A DNA stretch of 64,000 nucleotides from Gemmatimonadales bacterium (GCA_038321865.1 JBBQFH010000009.1:1-64000), one strand, 5' to 3'; positions 41,292-52,321 are shown, counted from the first letter of the stretch. Notes: generated by a model from the letters alone, not told the origin. Numbers and translations: made by a program.

Positions 41292-41704
41292 CAAACCCCC
41301 ATGCTGTGATGAACCACCGCGAGGCACCGATCCTGGACGACCGGGATGCCGGCGGCCTCCAGGCGGTTGGCCGAGACATCATCCCGAATCCCTTCCTGAA
41401 GCCAGACGAGTCTGGGTCGAAGGGCCACACACTCGTCCACGATGCCGGCGATCGCGTCCGCACGGCGGAATACGTCGACGATGTCGATCGGTCCCGCGGC
41501 GCCGGCGGCGGTCAGGCTCGTCCGCACCGGCTCCCCCAGCACGCTGACCGCCGTCGGGTGCACGGGGACGATCACATATCCGGCGCGCTGCAGGTAGGCC
41601 GCGACGCCGAACGCGGGGCGATGCGGCTTGTTGCCAAGCCCGACCACGGCGATGCGGCGGGCGTCCCGGAGGATCTGCCTGACCTGCTCGTCAGTCGGCG
41701 GCAC
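41291..41704 (-). CDS. CoA-binding protein (YccU-like)
   Basis: IAVVGLG, IDIVDVFRR, WLQEGI and VVQDRC motifs. Confidence 0.88.
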   Translation of the reverse strand: MPPTDEQVRQILRDARRIAVVGLGNKPHRPAFGVAAYLQRAGYVIVPVHPTAVSVLGEPVRTSLTAAGAAGPIDIVDVFRRADAIAGIVDECVALRPRLVWLQEGIRDDVSANRLEAAGIPVVQDRCLAVVHHSMGV

Positions 41705-42482
41705 TGGCGGCGCCTGGCGGGTGCAGGTGCGGTTGTCCGCTCACCGCCCGACCCACGAGCAGCATGCCGCTCCGCCGGGCGATCTCCACCGCGAGGGTCG
41801 ACGGCACTGACGGCGTCGCCACCCAGATGACTCCCGCCCGCGCCGCCTTGAAGGCCAGCTCTGCCGAGATGCGGCCGGTGACGAGAAGGCCCAGCCCTGC
41901 CGGCTGCACCGCGGAAAGCAGCGCCAACCCGATCGCCTTGTCCACCGCGTTGTGCCGCCCGATATCCTCGGCGTGGGACACGAGCTGATCGCCATCGGCG
42001 AGCGCCGCGGCATGGATGCCTCCGGTGTCCCGGTATCGTGCGCCGCGAGCGAAGAGCGCCTTGAAGAGAGGACGAAGGGTATCCAGCCGCGGCGCGGCGC
42101 CACGCGCGCTGCCCGCGGTGAGCGAGGATGGGTCGGCAAGGAAGGTGGACACGGCGCCGCAGCCCGAGGCGAGCACCGGCCGCCGGCGCTCTGCCTGCAC
42201 CGCCGCGACTCGTTCAGGAGGTACGTCGGCCCAGAAGCCGAGGTCGGTCGCACAGGGACGGAGCTTCACCTGGTCGGCCCGATCGATGTATCCCTCGCCG
42301 TGCAGCCACCCCACGGCGAGCTCCTCCAGCAGGTCCGGCGTGCACATCCAGGTGACGACCGGCTGCCCGTTGACCTCCAGCCAGACCGGAACCTCCTCGA
42401 CGGCCGCGCCGTCGACCATCGCCCCGCCGCGCTTGGCCGGGTGAGCGAGGATGGGCTCGTCGGGTGCTCCGGGCAACGTCAC
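41691..42482 (-). CDS. fdhD: Formate dehydrogenase accessory sulfurtransferase
   Basis: MCTP, SGCG, TGGIHAAA, EDIGRHNAVDK and TGRISAE motifs. Start GTG 42482 or ATG 42419. Confidence 0.92.
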   Translation of the reverse strand: MTLPGAPDEPILAHPAKRGGAMVDGAAVEEVPVWLEVNGQPVVTWMCTPDLLEELAVGWLHGEGYIDRADQVKLRPCATDLGFWADVPPERVAAVQAERRRPVLASGCGAVSTFLADPSSLTAGSARGAAPRLDTLRPLFKALFARGARYRDTGGIHAAALADGDQLVSHAEDIGRHNAVDKAIGLALLSAVQPAGLGLLVTGRISAELAFKAARAGVIWVATPSVPSTLAVEIARRSGMLLVGRAVSGQPHLHPPGAASAAD

Positions 42483-42496
42483 GAGGTCAGAGGAGG

Positions 42497-43213
42497 TCAG
42501 AGGGAGAAGGTGTAGCCGAGTCCCACCTGCACCCAGGGCGTCAGGGTCCACTGGTTGAGGCGCCCGTCGAGGATCACCGCATGCGGATCCGCCGTGGTGC
42601 CCGGGTCCAGCACCGGCTCCTGGGTGAACGACACCGGATAGCTGAGCTTCCAGAACGCGCCGCGAATGTCGGCGCGCAGATGCAGCCGCTCGGTGAGGAA
42701 GTAGCGCGTGCCGATCTGCGGGGCGAAGTAGAACTTGTTGCCGAAGTGGTACCCGCTGGTATCGGCCGGAGTCTGCTGGCCGAAGGCCACGCCGAGCGAG
42801 ACGCCGGTGTATGGCGCGAGCCGGTGCCAGCTCTTGCCGCCGGTCAGGTTGAGCTGCAGCGAGACGTCCACGAAGCGCACGCGCTGCGGCACGGGCCCGC
42901 TCTTCCGGCGCACGACTTCGACGAAGGGATCCACGATGTAGCGCTTGAGGTCGCCCTGGGCGAGCGTAAGCCCGAAGCTCACGCTTCCGGCGGTGCGCAC
43001 ATCGTAGCGGACGCCGTACACATTGCCGTCCTGGGGCCCGATGCCGTAGGTACCCCCGCCGCCGCCGATCCGGCCGAAGAGCGGGGTGATGCTGTGCCCC
43101 TTCCGGATGTCGCGGTACGGACTCTCGCGGGGTGCGTAGCCGACCTGCGCCCCGGCGACGGGCGCGAATACGAGCGAGAGGAGGAGCAGGGCAGCGGTAG
43201 AGCGCATTGGCAT
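42497..43213 (-). CDS. Hypothetical outer-membrane beta-barrel-like protein
   Basis: Signal peptide ending AGAQ; amphipathic strands; C-terminal VGLGYTFSL; TGATG overlap with gpmI. Confidence 0.65.
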   Translation of the reverse strand: MPMRSTAALLLLSLVFAPVAGAQVGYAPRESPYRDIRKGHSITPLFGRIGGGGGTYGIGPQDGNVYGVRYDVRTAGSVSFGLTLAQGDLKRYIVDPFVEVVRRKSGPVPQRVRFVDVSLQLNLTGGKSWHRLAPYTGVSLGVAFGQQTPADTSGYHFGNKFYFAPQIGTRYFLTERLHLRADIRGAFWKLSYPVSFTQEPVLDPGTTADPHAVILDGRLNQWTLTPWVQVGLGYTFSL

Positions 43214-44766
43214 CAGCTTTCGCGAAGGTCGCGGCCGGTCATTTCGGATGGCGGATCGATGCCCAGCAGACGGAGTACCGTTGGGCCGACGTCCCGCAGC
43301 GAGCCGCCCGTGCGAAGCGAAGCGGCGTCGGTACGCACGGCGACGAGCGGCACGGGGTTGGTGGTGTGGGCGGTGTGCACGCCGCCCGTGACGGGATCGA
43401 TCATCAGCTCGCAGTTCCCATGGTCGGCCGTCACCAGCAGGCGGGCCCCGGTCGCGTCCGCCCGCTCGAGGATCCGCCCGAGGCATTGATCCACCGTTTC
43501 GACCGCCAGAATCACCGCCGACAGCACACCGGTATGCCCGACCATATCCGCGTTGGCGAAGTTGCACAGCATGAAGTCGTGCTCCCGCGCATCGAGCGCG
43601 GCACAGAGCGTGTCGGTGATGCCGGCCGCGCTCATTTCCGGCGCCAGATCGTAGGTCGCCACCTTCTGCGACGCGACCAGCCGGCGGTCCTCGCCCCGAT
43701 ACGGCGGCTCATGGCCTCCGTTGAAGAAATAGGTGACGTGCGGATACTTCTCCGTCTCCGCGGTCCGCAGCTGCGTCCGCCCCGCGTCAGCCAGCACCTC
43801 GGCGACGATCCGGGCCATGCTGAAGGGCGGAAACGCCTGCGGCAGCGTGAACGTCTGATCGTACTGGGTCATGGTCACGCCCGCGAGGGCCGGGCGGTCC
43901 GACACGTCGAAGCCGCTGAAGCCGGGCACGAACAGCGCGCGCACGATCTGGCGCATCCGGTCGCTGCGGTAATTGAAGCAGAGCACCGCGTCGCCGCCGC
44001 GCAGAGGGGCGAACGGCGCGCCGTCCCGCGTGATCACCAGGGGATGGATGAATTCGTCGGTCTCTCCCCGGGCGTAGCAGTCGCGCACCGCCTGAACCGG
44101 GTCTGCCACCGCCTGCCCTGCGCCCCGCACCAGGGCGTCGTAGGCGAGCCGGGTGCGTTCCCACCGCTGGTCACGGTCCATCCCGTAGTAGCGCCCGGTG
44201 AGGGACGCGATCCCCGCGCGCGCGCCCGCGATCGTCCGGAGATCCGCTTCGAGCTGGCGGACCACCTCGGCGCCCAGCGTCGGCGCGGCATCACGCCCGT
44301 CGAGGAAACCCTGAACCGCGATGCGGCGTACCCCGAGCCGGACCCCCAGATCGATACAGGCACGGAGGTGGCTGTCGATCGCGTGCACTCCGCCGGGACC
44401 GAGCAGGCCCAGCAGGTGGAGCGTGCCGCCGGTGGTACGCAGGTGGCGGCCAATGGCGTGAAACGGTTCCAGGTCGTAGAAGCTTCCGGTGCGGATGCTC
44501 TCGGAGATGCGGACGAGATCCTGGGGCACGACCCGGCCGGCGCCGAGGTTCAGATGGCCGACCTCGCTGTTGCCCATTTGCCCTTCGGGCAGGCCGACGG
44601 CAAGGCCGCTCGCGTCGAGGAGGGTGTGCGGGTAGGTGGACCACAGCCGATGCCATGCCGGTGTCCGCGCCAGCTCGATCGCATTCCCCTCGCGCTCGGC
44701 ACGGTATCCCCACCCATCGAGCACGATGAGCACGACCGGCGCGCCGCGCGCGCTTCCGTTTGACAT
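43213..44766 (-). CDS. gpmI: 2,3-bisphosphoglycerate-independent phosphoglycerate mutase
   Basis: LDGWG, GQMGNSEVGH, AETEKYPHVTYFFNGG, DMVGHTG and TADHGN motifs. Confidence 0.97.
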   Translation of the reverse strand: MSNGSARGAPVVLIVLDGWGYRAEREGNAIELARTPAWHRLWSTYPHTLLDASGLAVGLPEGQMGNSEVGHLNLGAGRVVPQDLVRISESIRTGSFYDLEPFHAIGRHLRTTGGTLHLLGLLGPGGVHAIDSHLRACIDLGVRLGVRRIAVQGFLDGRDAAPTLGAEVVRQLEADLRTIAGARAGIASLTGRYYGMDRDQRWERTRLAYDALVRGAGQAVADPVQAVRDCYARGETDEFIHPLVITRDGAPFAPLRGGDAVLCFNYRSDRMRQIVRALFVPGFSGFDVSDRPALAGVTMTQYDQTFTLPQAFPPFSMARIVAEVLADAGRTQLRTAETEKYPHVTYFFNGGHEPPYRGEDRRLVASQKVATYDLAPEMSAAGITDTLCAALDAREHDFMLCNFANADMVGHTGVLSAVILAVETVDQCLGRILERADATGARLLVTADHGNCELMIDPVTGGVHTAHTTNPVPLVAVRTDAASLRTGGSLRDVGPTVLRLLGIDPPSEMTGRDLRES

Positions 44767-44788
44767 GACTCTCCGCGTGTTCTACAAT
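44760..44788 (+). promoter_or_regulatory. Near-consensus sigma70 promoter
   Basis: TTGACA (44760-44765)-N17-TACAAT (44783-44788). Confidence 0.7.
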
Positions 44789-44796
44789 CCGCTATC

Positions 44797-45876
44797 GTGA
44801 TTTCAGCGCCGGAATCTAGTCCCGCCTTCCGCCGGCTACCAGCCTGCGCAGTCGTTCTCTGCCTCGTATTTGCCCCGTCCGCACACGGGCAGGTGCGACA
44901 GGTGTCCGCGACATCCGTACACAAGATTCCGGGCGGCGTCGTGCTCGCGCGGACGACGTCCCCGGCAGCGCTCGCCGTTGCGCGCGTCGACGGCGGCTGG
45001 GCACAGGTCACGCTGCAGGGGTGGATGAGCGCGCGCTCGCTGCGGGCCGATCACCGCGACGGCCTGGACCTCGCCGTCATCGCGCCCGACGGCGAGAATC
45101 TGCGGGCGGAACCGGACGGGCCGATCATCGCGCGCGTGCGCTACGGCGCGTTGCTGGAACGCCTCGACACGCGCGGGGTCTGGGTCCAGGTGCGCCGCGT
45201 CGGGTGGGTCCCGCGCTCGGCGCTGGCGCCCGCAGCCGTGGCGGCGCTGCGCCCGCCTCGCGCCAGTACATCGGCGGCACCCATGGCCTACCAGGCGATG
45301 TCCACGTCGAAGCGCGACACCTCCGCCGCGCAGGCGGCGGCACAGAGTCCCTCCGGTCTGGACCGCGTCGAGCTGTCCCAGGCGGCAGCGCTCTTTCTGG
45401 TGCCCGAGGGCGGGCAGCTCGGCTCGCTGCAGCCCGGCACGTCCGCGCGCGTCCTCAGCCGCTCGGGCGATTGGGTGCGGATCCAGACGGAAGGCTGGGT
45501 CCGCGATGCCGAGCTCCGGCCCGCGACGGGATCGTCCCTCGCCGGCGTGAGCGCAGCCGAAGTGCGAGCCAGCCCCGATCGCTACGTCGGCCAGACGCTC
45601 GACTGGCGTCTCCAGATCGTGTCGATCCAGACAGCCGACGAGCTGCGACCGGAAATCCCGCTCGGCCAGCCCTATCTGCTCACGCGCGGACCGATGCCGG
45701 AGCCGGGATTCGTCTACGTGATCATTCCGCGCGACCAGGTCGAGCGGTTTCGCGCACTCGGTCCGCTCACCGAGCTGATGCTCCGGGTGCGCATTCGCGC
45801 GGCCCGGACGCGGTACCTCGCGACGCCGGTCGCGGAGCTCGTGGGCGTCACCGACTCGGTGGCCGCCCGGCGCTGA
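44797..45876 (+). CDS. Secreted hypothetical protein with three SH3b-like repeats
   Basis: Signal peptide; GGWAQVTLQGWM, GVWVQVRRVGWV and GDWVRIQTEGWV repeats. Confidence 0.7.
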   Translation: MISAPESSPAFRRLPACAVVLCLVFAPSAHGQVRQVSATSVHKIPGGVVLARTTSPAALAVARVDGGWAQVTLQGWMSARSLRADHRDGLDLAVIAPDGENLRAEPDGPIIARVRYGALLERLDTRGVWVQVRRVGWVPRSALAPAAVAALRPPRASTSAAPMAYQAMSTSKRDTSAAQAAAQSPSGLDRVELSQAAALFLVPEGGQLGSLQPGTSARVLSRSGDWVRIQTEGWVRDAELRPATGSSLAGVSAAEVRASPDRYVGQTLDWRLQIVSIQTADELRPEIPLGQPYLLTRGPMPEPGFVYVIIPRDQVERFRALGPLTELMLRVRIRAARTRYLATPVAELVGVTDSVAARR

Positions 45877-45901
45877 ACCGGCGGACGACCCTGGCGCCTC
45901 C

Positions 45902-47128
45902 ATGATGCCCCTCATCCCCGCGGTTCCGGCAGACGCCGTCCCCGCCATCCTCCTCTCGCTCGCGGTCATCCTCGTCGGCGCCAAGCTGCTGGGGGAGCTG
46001 GCCGAGCGACTCGGCCAGCCCGCGGTGCTCGGTGAGCTCCTGGCCGGTGTACTGCTGGGTCCTTCGCTGCTTGGCCTGCTGGAGCCCGGGGCACCGTGGC
46101 TGCACCTGTTCGGCGAGATCGGCGTCGTGATCCTGCTGTTTCAGATTGGGCTGGAAACCGATCTCAAGCGGCTGCTGGGCGTCGGTGGGAGCGCGCTGAC
46201 CGTCGCGATCGTCGGGGTGGTCCTCCCGTTCGGACTGGGATATGGGGTGTGCCGCCTCATGGGGCTTCCCGAGCTCGAGTCGGTGGTCGCCGGTGCGGCG
46301 CTCACGGCGACGTCCGTCGGCATCACGGCGAGGGTGCTCTCCGATCTGGGGCGGCTGCAGGACGTCGAGAGCCAGGTCGTGCTCGGGGCCGCGGTGATCG
46401 ATGATGTGATTGGACTGGTGATCCTCGCTGTCGTGGGCCGAGCCGTGGGCGGGGCGCCGATCACGGCCGGCAGCGTCGCGCTGACGACCGGCGCCGCGTT
46501 CGGTTTCGTCGTCGGCGCGGTGCTGCTGGGGCGCCTGGTCGTTCCGCCGGTGTTCGCGCTCCTCGCGCGGATCGGGCGGCCGGAGTCACTGGCGACCATG
46601 GGATTGGCCGTGGGATTCCTCGTCGCGGTGCTGGCAGACGTGGCCGGTTCCGCGCTGATCGTCGGCGCCTTTGCCGCCGGTCTCGCCTTCCAGCCGAGCG
46701 CGCTCCGGCCGGAGATCGAGCGGGGCGTCACCCGGCTGGGGCATTTCTTCGTGCCGATCTTCTTCGTCGCCGTCGGGGCGGCGGTGGATGTGCGCCGGCT
46801 GGGTGATGGGCGAGTGCTGCTGATCGCCGGGCTGCTGATCGTCGTCGCGGTTGCCGGCAAGGTCGTCGCCGGGTTCGCCCCGGTCTGGTTCCGCGGCCGA
46901 AAGCTGGTCGTAGGCGTGGGCATGATTCCCCGGGGCGAGGTGGGGCTGATCTTCGCCCAGACGGGTCTGACCGCCGGCGTGCTCGATGCGGGGCTGTATG
47001 CGTCCGTTACGGCCATGGTGACCGTGACGACCTTTCTGGCCCCGCCGCTCCTCAGGCTGCTGCTCGGTCGGGCGCGGCCCGGGTCCCGGGATGCCGGCGG
47101 GATGGCCGAGCTGGTGACCGAGGCGTAG
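45902..47128 (+). CDS. CPA2 cation:proton antiporter
   Basis: GQPAVLGELLAG, ATSVGIT, AAVIDDV and GMIPRGEV motifs. Confidence 0.92.
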   Translation: MMPLIPAVPADAVPAILLSLAVILVGAKLLGELAERLGQPAVLGELLAGVLLGPSLLGLLEPGAPWLHLFGEIGVVILLFQIGLETDLKRLLGVGGSALTVAIVGVVLPFGLGYGVCRLMGLPELESVVAGAALTATSVGITARVLSDLGRLQDVESQVVLGAAVIDDVIGLVILAVVGRAVGGAPITAGSVALTTGAAFGFVVGAVLLGRLVVPPVFALLARIGRPESLATMGLAVGFLVAVLADVAGSALIVGAFAAGLAFQPSALRPEIERGVTRLGHFFVPIFFVAVGAAVDVRRLGDGRVLLIAGLLIVVAVAGKVVAGFAPVWFRGRKLVVGVGMIPRGEVGLIFAQTGLTAGVLDAGLYASVTAMVTVTTFLAPPLLRLLLGRARPGSRDAGGMAELVTEA

Positions 47129-47199
47129 GCAGTAGCGCCGCCAGCGACACGGCGCCAAGATTAGGCAGGCGCCACGCCGATGGCCTTCTGGGAGCGACC

Positions 47200-47553
47200 A
47201 TGAACGACCTGCTGAAGCAGCGAATCCTCCGGAGTCTCGACGCGCTGCCCGACGAGCGCGCCTACCAGATTCTCGATTACGTCGAGTTCCTGGAGAGCAA
47301 GTACGCTGAGCGGGCGCGTCCGACCGGTATCCTCGCCAAGCTGACCGAGACGGTGGAGGACACGATGCGGGCGGGCAAGCTCCCGATCAAGGCGATCAGC
47401 GGGACCATGGGGCTGCTCGACAGCGCCACGAAGGTGATGAAGGGTGTCGCCGCGGCGGGGCAGGCGGTCGTGGATGAGGCGGTCAAGGCGGCCGACGGCG
47501 GTGGGCAGCGCGCGCTGCCGCCGGACAAGCCGCAGTCGAGCACGGGGAGCTGA
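47200..47553 (+). CDS. Hypothetical protein (DUF2281-like N-terminus)
   Basis: GGAG RBS; LDALPDERAYQILDYVEFLESKY. Confidence 0.7.
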   Translation: MNDLLKQRILRSLDALPDERAYQILDYVEFLESKYAERARPTGILAKLTETVEDTMRAGKLPIKAISGTMGLLDSATKVMKGVAAAGQAVVDEAVKAADGGGQRALPPDKPQSSTGS

Positions 47554-47595
47554 CGCTCCCCGTTTCCGCAGGTCCTCACTCCAACCGGACACTTC

Positions 47596-49089
47596 ATGGC
47601 AACCACCGTCGAGGCTCCGCCGCCGGCACCGGCGACTGAGCAGCAGTTCATCCGCGGGATCGGCCCCCTGCAGGCGATCTCGCTGGTGGTCGGCACCATG
47701 ATCGGCTCCGGCATCTTCATCGTCTCGTCGGGCATCAGCCGCGAGGTGGCGGCCTGGGGGCCGGGGGGGTTGATGCTGGTCTGGCTGCTCACCGGGGCGA
47801 TGACGCTCGCCGGCGCGCTGGCCTACGCCGAGCTCGCGGCGATGATGCCGAAGGCGGGCGGGCAGTACGTATTCCTGCGCGAGGGGCTGTCACCGGCGGT
47901 CGGATTTCTCTTCGGGTGGACGCTCTTCACCGTGATCCAGACCGGGACCATTGCGGCGGTCGCCGTCGCAATGGCCAAGTACCTCGCCGTGTTCTTCCCC
48001 ACCGTGTCGGACACGATCTTCCTTTCCCTCGGGAGCATCCGGCTTCCGGGGTCCGCCGCCGCCATCCCCCTGGGGGTCTCGGCCCAGCGGCTCATCGCCA
48101 TCACGAGCATCGTCTTCCTCACGTGGATCAACGCACGCGGCGTGTCGCTCGGCGCGCGCCTGCAGACCTTCCTGACCGTGATCAAGGCGCTGGCCCTCGC
48201 GCTGCTGGTGCTGCTGGGGATCGCCATCTTCCGCCGGCCCGCCGTGGTGGCGGCCAACTTCAACGCGCAGGTGTTCTGGGGAACCGGGAGCTGGGGCCTG
48301 GCCATGCTCCCCATCATCGGGGCCGCGATGGTCGGCTCGCTCTTCTCCTCCGACGCGTGGAACAACGTGACTTTTGCGGCCGCGGAGGTGCGCGAGCCGG
48401 CGAAGAACCTGCCACGCGCCCTTGCGCTCGGGACCGGGCTGGTGACGCTGCTGTACATCCTGGCCAACGTGTCCTACCTGAGCGTGCTGCCCTTCGGCGG
48501 AGACCCGAACGGCGCGACGGCGCTGGCCCGCGGCATCCAGCACGCCACCCAGGACCGGGTGGCCTCGGCCGCCGTGGACGTCATGCTCGGCAACGCCGGC
48601 GCGGCGGTGATGGCGGCGCTGATCGTCATCTCGACCTTCGGCTGCAACGCCGGGCTGGTGCTGGCAGGCCCCCGGGTCTACTTCGCCATGGCAGAGGACC
48701 GCCTGTTCTTTCGCCGGGCGGGCGAGCTGCATCCGCGCCACCGGACGCCGATCTTCGGGCTCGCCGTGCAGGCGTTCTGGGCCTCGGTCCTCTGCCTGAG
48801 CGGCACCTACAACCAGCTGCTCGATTACGTGATCTTCGCGTCGGTCCTGTTCTATTTTCTCACGACGCTGGCCCTGTTCCGCCTTCGCCGCGTTCGCCCC
48901 GATCTCCCGCGCCCGGTCAAGGCGTTCGGGTATCCGGTGGTGCCGGCGCTCTACCTGGTCGCCGCTGCGGCGCTCATGGTGGTGCTGCTGATCGAGAAAC
49001 CGCTCTTCACCTGGCCGGGGCTGATCATCGTGGCGCTGGGGATTCCGGTGTATCTGGTCTGGCGGCGTTCCGCCTTGATTTCCCGGTAA
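47596..49089 (+). CDS. APC family amino-acid permease
   Basis: [27 protein letters not shown] and FSSDAWNN motifs. Confidence 0.92.
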   Translation: MATTVEAPPPAPATEQQFIRGIGPLQAISLVVGTMIGSGIFIVSSGISREVAAWGPGGLMLVWLLTGAMTLAGALAYAELAAMMPKAGGQYVFLREGLSPAVGFLFGWTLFTVIQTGTIAAVAVAMAKYLAVFFPTVSDTIFLSLGSIRLPGSAAAIPLGVSAQRLIAITSIVFLTWINARGVSLGARLQTFLTVIKALALALLVLLGIAIFRRPAVVAANFNAQVFWGTGSWGLAMLPIIGAAMVGSLFSSDAWNNVTFAAAEVREPAKNLPRALALGTGLVTLLYILANVSYLSVLPFGGDPNGATALARGIQHATQDRVASAAVDVMLGNAGAAVMAALIVISTFGCNAGLVLAGPRVYFAMAEDRLFFRRAGELHPRHRTPIFGLAVQAFWASVLCLSGTYNQLLDYVIFASVLFYFLTTLALFRLRRVRPDLPRPVKAFGYPVVPALYLVAAAALMVVLLIEKPLFTWPGLIIVALGIPVYLVWRRSALISR

Positions 49090-49108
49090 ATCGGCCCTAC
49101 TCTACGAG

Positions 49109-50665
49109 ATGGAACCCTCGACACTCAACGGCCCTTCCGCACCCCACCCGGGGCCCGCGGAGGGCCGTCGCGCATCGGTCCCCGAACTGCGAGCCGACCC
49201 GCCTGCCGTCAGCCGGATCCGCGCGCAGGTCGGCCTGACCTTCGATGACGTGTTGCTTGTTCCCCGACACTCGAGTGTGCACCCGCGCGATGTGTCCACC
49301 CGAACCCGCCTCACCCGCACAATCTCGCTCAACATCCCCCTCATCTCCGCCGCGATGGACACCGTGACCGAGGCCGAGATGGCCATCGCGATGGCGCGCG
49401 CCGGCGGGATTGGCGTGATCCACAAGAACATGTCGATCGACCGGCAGGCGGCCGAGGTGGACCGGGTGAAGCGGAGCGAGAGCGGCATGATCCTCAACCC
49501 GATCACGCTCGGGCCCGAGCGGCCGCTGCGCGAGGTGGTCGGGTTGATGCGCCGCTTCAAGATTTCCGGCGTGCCGATCGTGGATGGGCAGGGCCGGCTC
49601 GTGGGGATCGTGACCAACCGCGACCTGCAGTTCGAGCGGAATCTCGACCAGCCGATCGCCGAGGCGATGACACGGGACAACCTGGTGACCGCGCCGGTCG
49701 GTACCGACCTCGACGAAGCCGAGCGGATGCTCGCGCGACACCGGATCGAGAAGCTTCCCGTGGTGGATGATCAGGGCGTGCTGAAGGGGCTGATCACCGT
49801 CAAGGACATCTTCAAGCGCCGCGAACATCCCAACGCCAACAAGGACCTCCACGGCCGCCTGCGGGTCGCGGCGGCCGTCGGCGGCACGCCGAACGACCGC
49901 ACGCGTGCGCGCGCGCTGGTGAATGCCGGCGCCGATGTCATCGTCATCGACTCCGCCCACGGGCACAGCGAGGGTGTGCTGGCGACCCTGGACGCGCTCC
50001 GCCAAGAGTTTCCGGACGCCCAGATCATCGCGGGAAACATCGCCACCGAGAGTGGCGCGCGCGAGCTGGTCCGGCGAGGCGTCGATGCCGTGAAGGTCGG
50101 CATCGGGCCAGGGAGCATCTGCACCACCCGGGTCGTGACCGGGGTCGGGGTTCCCCAGGTCACCGCGATCATGGACGCGGTCAGGGGAGCCGGCGACATT
50201 CCGATCATCGCGGACGGCGGCATCAAGTATTCCGGCGACATGGTCAAGGCGCTGGCCTCGGGGGCGTCATCCGCCATGATGGGGTCGATGCTGGCCGGCA
50301 CCGAGGAGAGCCCCGGCGAGAGCGTGCTGGCCGAGGGGCGGCGCTTCAAGATGATCCGTGGCATGGGCAGCCTGTCCGCGATGCAGGACGGATCGGCCGA
50401 CCGCTACTTTCAGGAAGGTGAAATGGCGCCGTCCAAGTGGGTGCCCGAGGGCATCGAAGGCCGGGTGCCCTACAAGGGCGCGGTCGCCGACGTGATCTAC
50501 CAGATGGTCGGCGGGCTCCGCAGCGGCATGGGCTACTGCGGGGTTGCCGACATCGCCGCGCTCCAGCGCGATGTCGAGATGATTCAGGTGACGTCGGCCG
50601 GCCTGCGCGAGTCGCATCCCCACGACGTGACCATCACGCGCGAGGCGCCGAATTACAGTGCGTGA
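49109..50665 (+). CDS. guaB: IMP dehydrogenase with CBS domains
   Basis: [28 protein letters not shown] and [12 protein letters not shown] motifs. Confidence 0.97.
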   Translation: MEPSTLNGPSAPHPGPAEGRRASVPELRADPPAVSRIRAQVGLTFDDVLLVPRHSSVHPRDVSTRTRLTRTISLNIPLISAAMDTVTEAEMAIAMARAGGIGVIHKNMSIDRQAAEVDRVKRSESGMILNPITLGPERPLREVVGLMRRFKISGVPIVDGQGRLVGIVTNRDLQFERNLDQPIAEAMTRDNLVTAPVGTDLDEAERMLARHRIEKLPVVDDQGVLKGLITVKDIFKRREHPNANKDLHGRLRVAAAVGGTPNDRTRARALVNAGADVIVIDSAHGHSEGVLATLDALRQEFPDAQIIAGNIATESGARELVRRGVDAVKVGIGPGSICTTRVVTGVGVPQVTAIMDAVRGAGDIPIIADGGIKYSGDMVKALASGASSAMMGSMLAGTEESPGESVLAEGRRFKMIRGMGSLSAMQDGSADRYFQEGEMAPSKWVPEGIEGRVPYKGAVADVIYQMVGGLRSGMGYCGVADIAALQRDVEMIQVTSAGLRESHPHDVTITREAPNYSA

Positions 50666-50729
50666 CGAGACCGCCGTTTCGTCACTCTGACAGCTGCAGG
50701 CTGATCCAATTCCCCAACCGAGGCATCTG

Positions 50730-52298
50730 ATGAGCGCACCCCACGTGAAGGGCGGCACACCGCCGCGTCCCCTGACCTCCGGGGGAGGCACGGGCCTGTG
50801 GGCCACGAAGTCGATCACGGCGCTCCGCGCCGAGGCCGAGGCGACCGGCGAGCGATCGCTGAAGCGCACGCTCGGCGCCCTGAACCTGACCATGCTCGGC
50901 ATCGGTGCGATCATCGGGGCGGGCATCTTCGTGCTCACGGGGCTGGCGGCGGCGCTGCACGCCGGGCCTGCGGTGCCGATCTCCTTCGTGCTCGCGGCGG
51001 TCGCCTGCGGCCTGGCCGGCCTTTGCTACGCGGAGATGGCCAGCGCAGTGCCGGTGGCGGGGAGCGCCTACACCTACTCGTACGCGACGATGGGCGAGTT
51101 CATTGCGTGGATCATCGGCTGGGACCTGGTCCTCGAGTACGCGATGGGAGCGGCCACGGTCGGCGTGGGCTGGTCGGGGTATTTCGTCAGCATGCTCGAC
51201 TTCTTCGGCGTGCACCTGCCCGTCGCGCTCACCTCGGCACCGCTCCGGCTCTGCAGCGCCGAGGATGTGACCAAGGCGGTCTCCTTCTGCGCGCACGCCG
51301 GATGGAACTCCACCGGGGCGCTGTTCAACCTGCCCGCCGTCGCCATCGTGCTCATCGCGACCACGATTCTGGTCATCGGCATCGAGGAGTCGGCCAAGGT
51401 CAACAACGTCATCGTCGTGCTGAAGATCGCCGTGGTGCTGATGTTCATCGCGTTCGGCGCGAAATACGTCAACACCGGCAACTGGCATCCGTTCATCCCG
51501 GCCAATACCGGTGTCTTCGGAGAATTCGGCTGGAGCGGCGTCTTTCGCGGCGCCGGCCTGATCTTCTTCGCCTACATCGGCTTCGACGCCGTCAGCACCG
51601 CGGCGCAGGAGGCGAAGAACCCGCAGAAGGACATGCCGGTCGGCATTCTCGGCTCGCTCGGGATCTGCACGGTCCTCTACATCCTCGTCGCCCTGGTGCT
51701 CACGGGACTGGTCAAGTATGACCAGCTCAACGTCGCGCATCCGGTGGCCTACGCCGTGGAGCAGATCGCCGGACTGAACTGGCTCCGGCCGTTCATCACG
51801 ATCGGCGCGGTGCTCGGGCTGGGTTCCGTGGTGCTCGTCATGCTCCTGGGCCAGTCACGGGTGTTCTACTCGATGTCCCGGGACGGCCTGATGGGGCCCT
51901 GGGCCGGCAAGGTGCACCCGCGCTTCCGGACGCCGTACCTGTCCACCATCTACGTGGGCATCATCGTCTCGGTCATCGCCGGCACCTTCCCGATTCAGAT
52001 CCTTGGTGAGCTGGTGAACATCGGGACGCTGCTGGCGTTCGTGCTGGTGTGCGCCGGCGTGTGGATTCTCCGGAGCAAGCGGCCCGATCTCGAGCGGCCG
52101 TTCCGCACGCCGCTGGTTCCGCTGGTGCCGATCCTTGGCATCCTCTCCTGCATGGGCCTGATGGCCACCCTGCCCGGAGATACCTGGCTCCGGCTGCTGG
52201 TCTGGCTGCTGATCGGGTTCGTGATCTACTTCGGCTACGGCAGGAAACACAGCCACCTGCAGCAGGAGATCGCGGCGCGCCAGTCCCCCAACCCCTAG
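50730..52298 (+). CDS. APC/CAT-like amino-acid permease
   Basis: GIGAIIGAGIF, AGSAYTY and FFAYIGFDAVSTAAQE motifs. Confidence 0.93.
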   Translation: MSAPHVKGGTPPRPLTSGGGTGLWATKSITALRAEAEATGERSLKRTLGALNLTMLGIGAIIGAGIFVLTGLAAALHAGPAVPISFVLAAVACGLAGLCYAEMASAVPVAGSAYTYSYATMGEFIAWIIGWDLVLEYAMGAATVGVGWSGYFVSMLDFFGVHLPVALTSAPLRLCSAEDVTKAVSFCAHAGWNSTGALFNLPAVAIVLIATTILVIGIEESAKVNNVIVVLKIAVVLMFIAFGAKYVNTGNWHPFIPANTGVFGEFGWSGVFRGAGLIFFAYIGFDAVSTAAQEAKNPQKDMPVGILGSLGICTVLYILVALVLTGLVKYDQLNVAHPVAYAVEQIAGLNWLRPFITIGAVLGLGSVVLVMLLGQSRVFYSMSRDGLMGPWAGKVHPRFRTPYLSTIYVGIIVSVIAGTFPIQILGELVNIGTLLAFVLVCAGVWILRSKRPDLERPFRTPLVPLVPILGILSCMGLMATLPGDTWLRLLVWLLIGFVIYFGYGRKHSHLQQEIAARQSPNP

Positions 52299-52321
52299 GC
52301 GAACCGCTCGAGACGCACGAG

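Noticed and set aside
47200..47553. Possible toxin-antitoxin antitoxin
   Set aside because: No adjacent toxin-like gene; the similarity is only a short N-terminal pattern.
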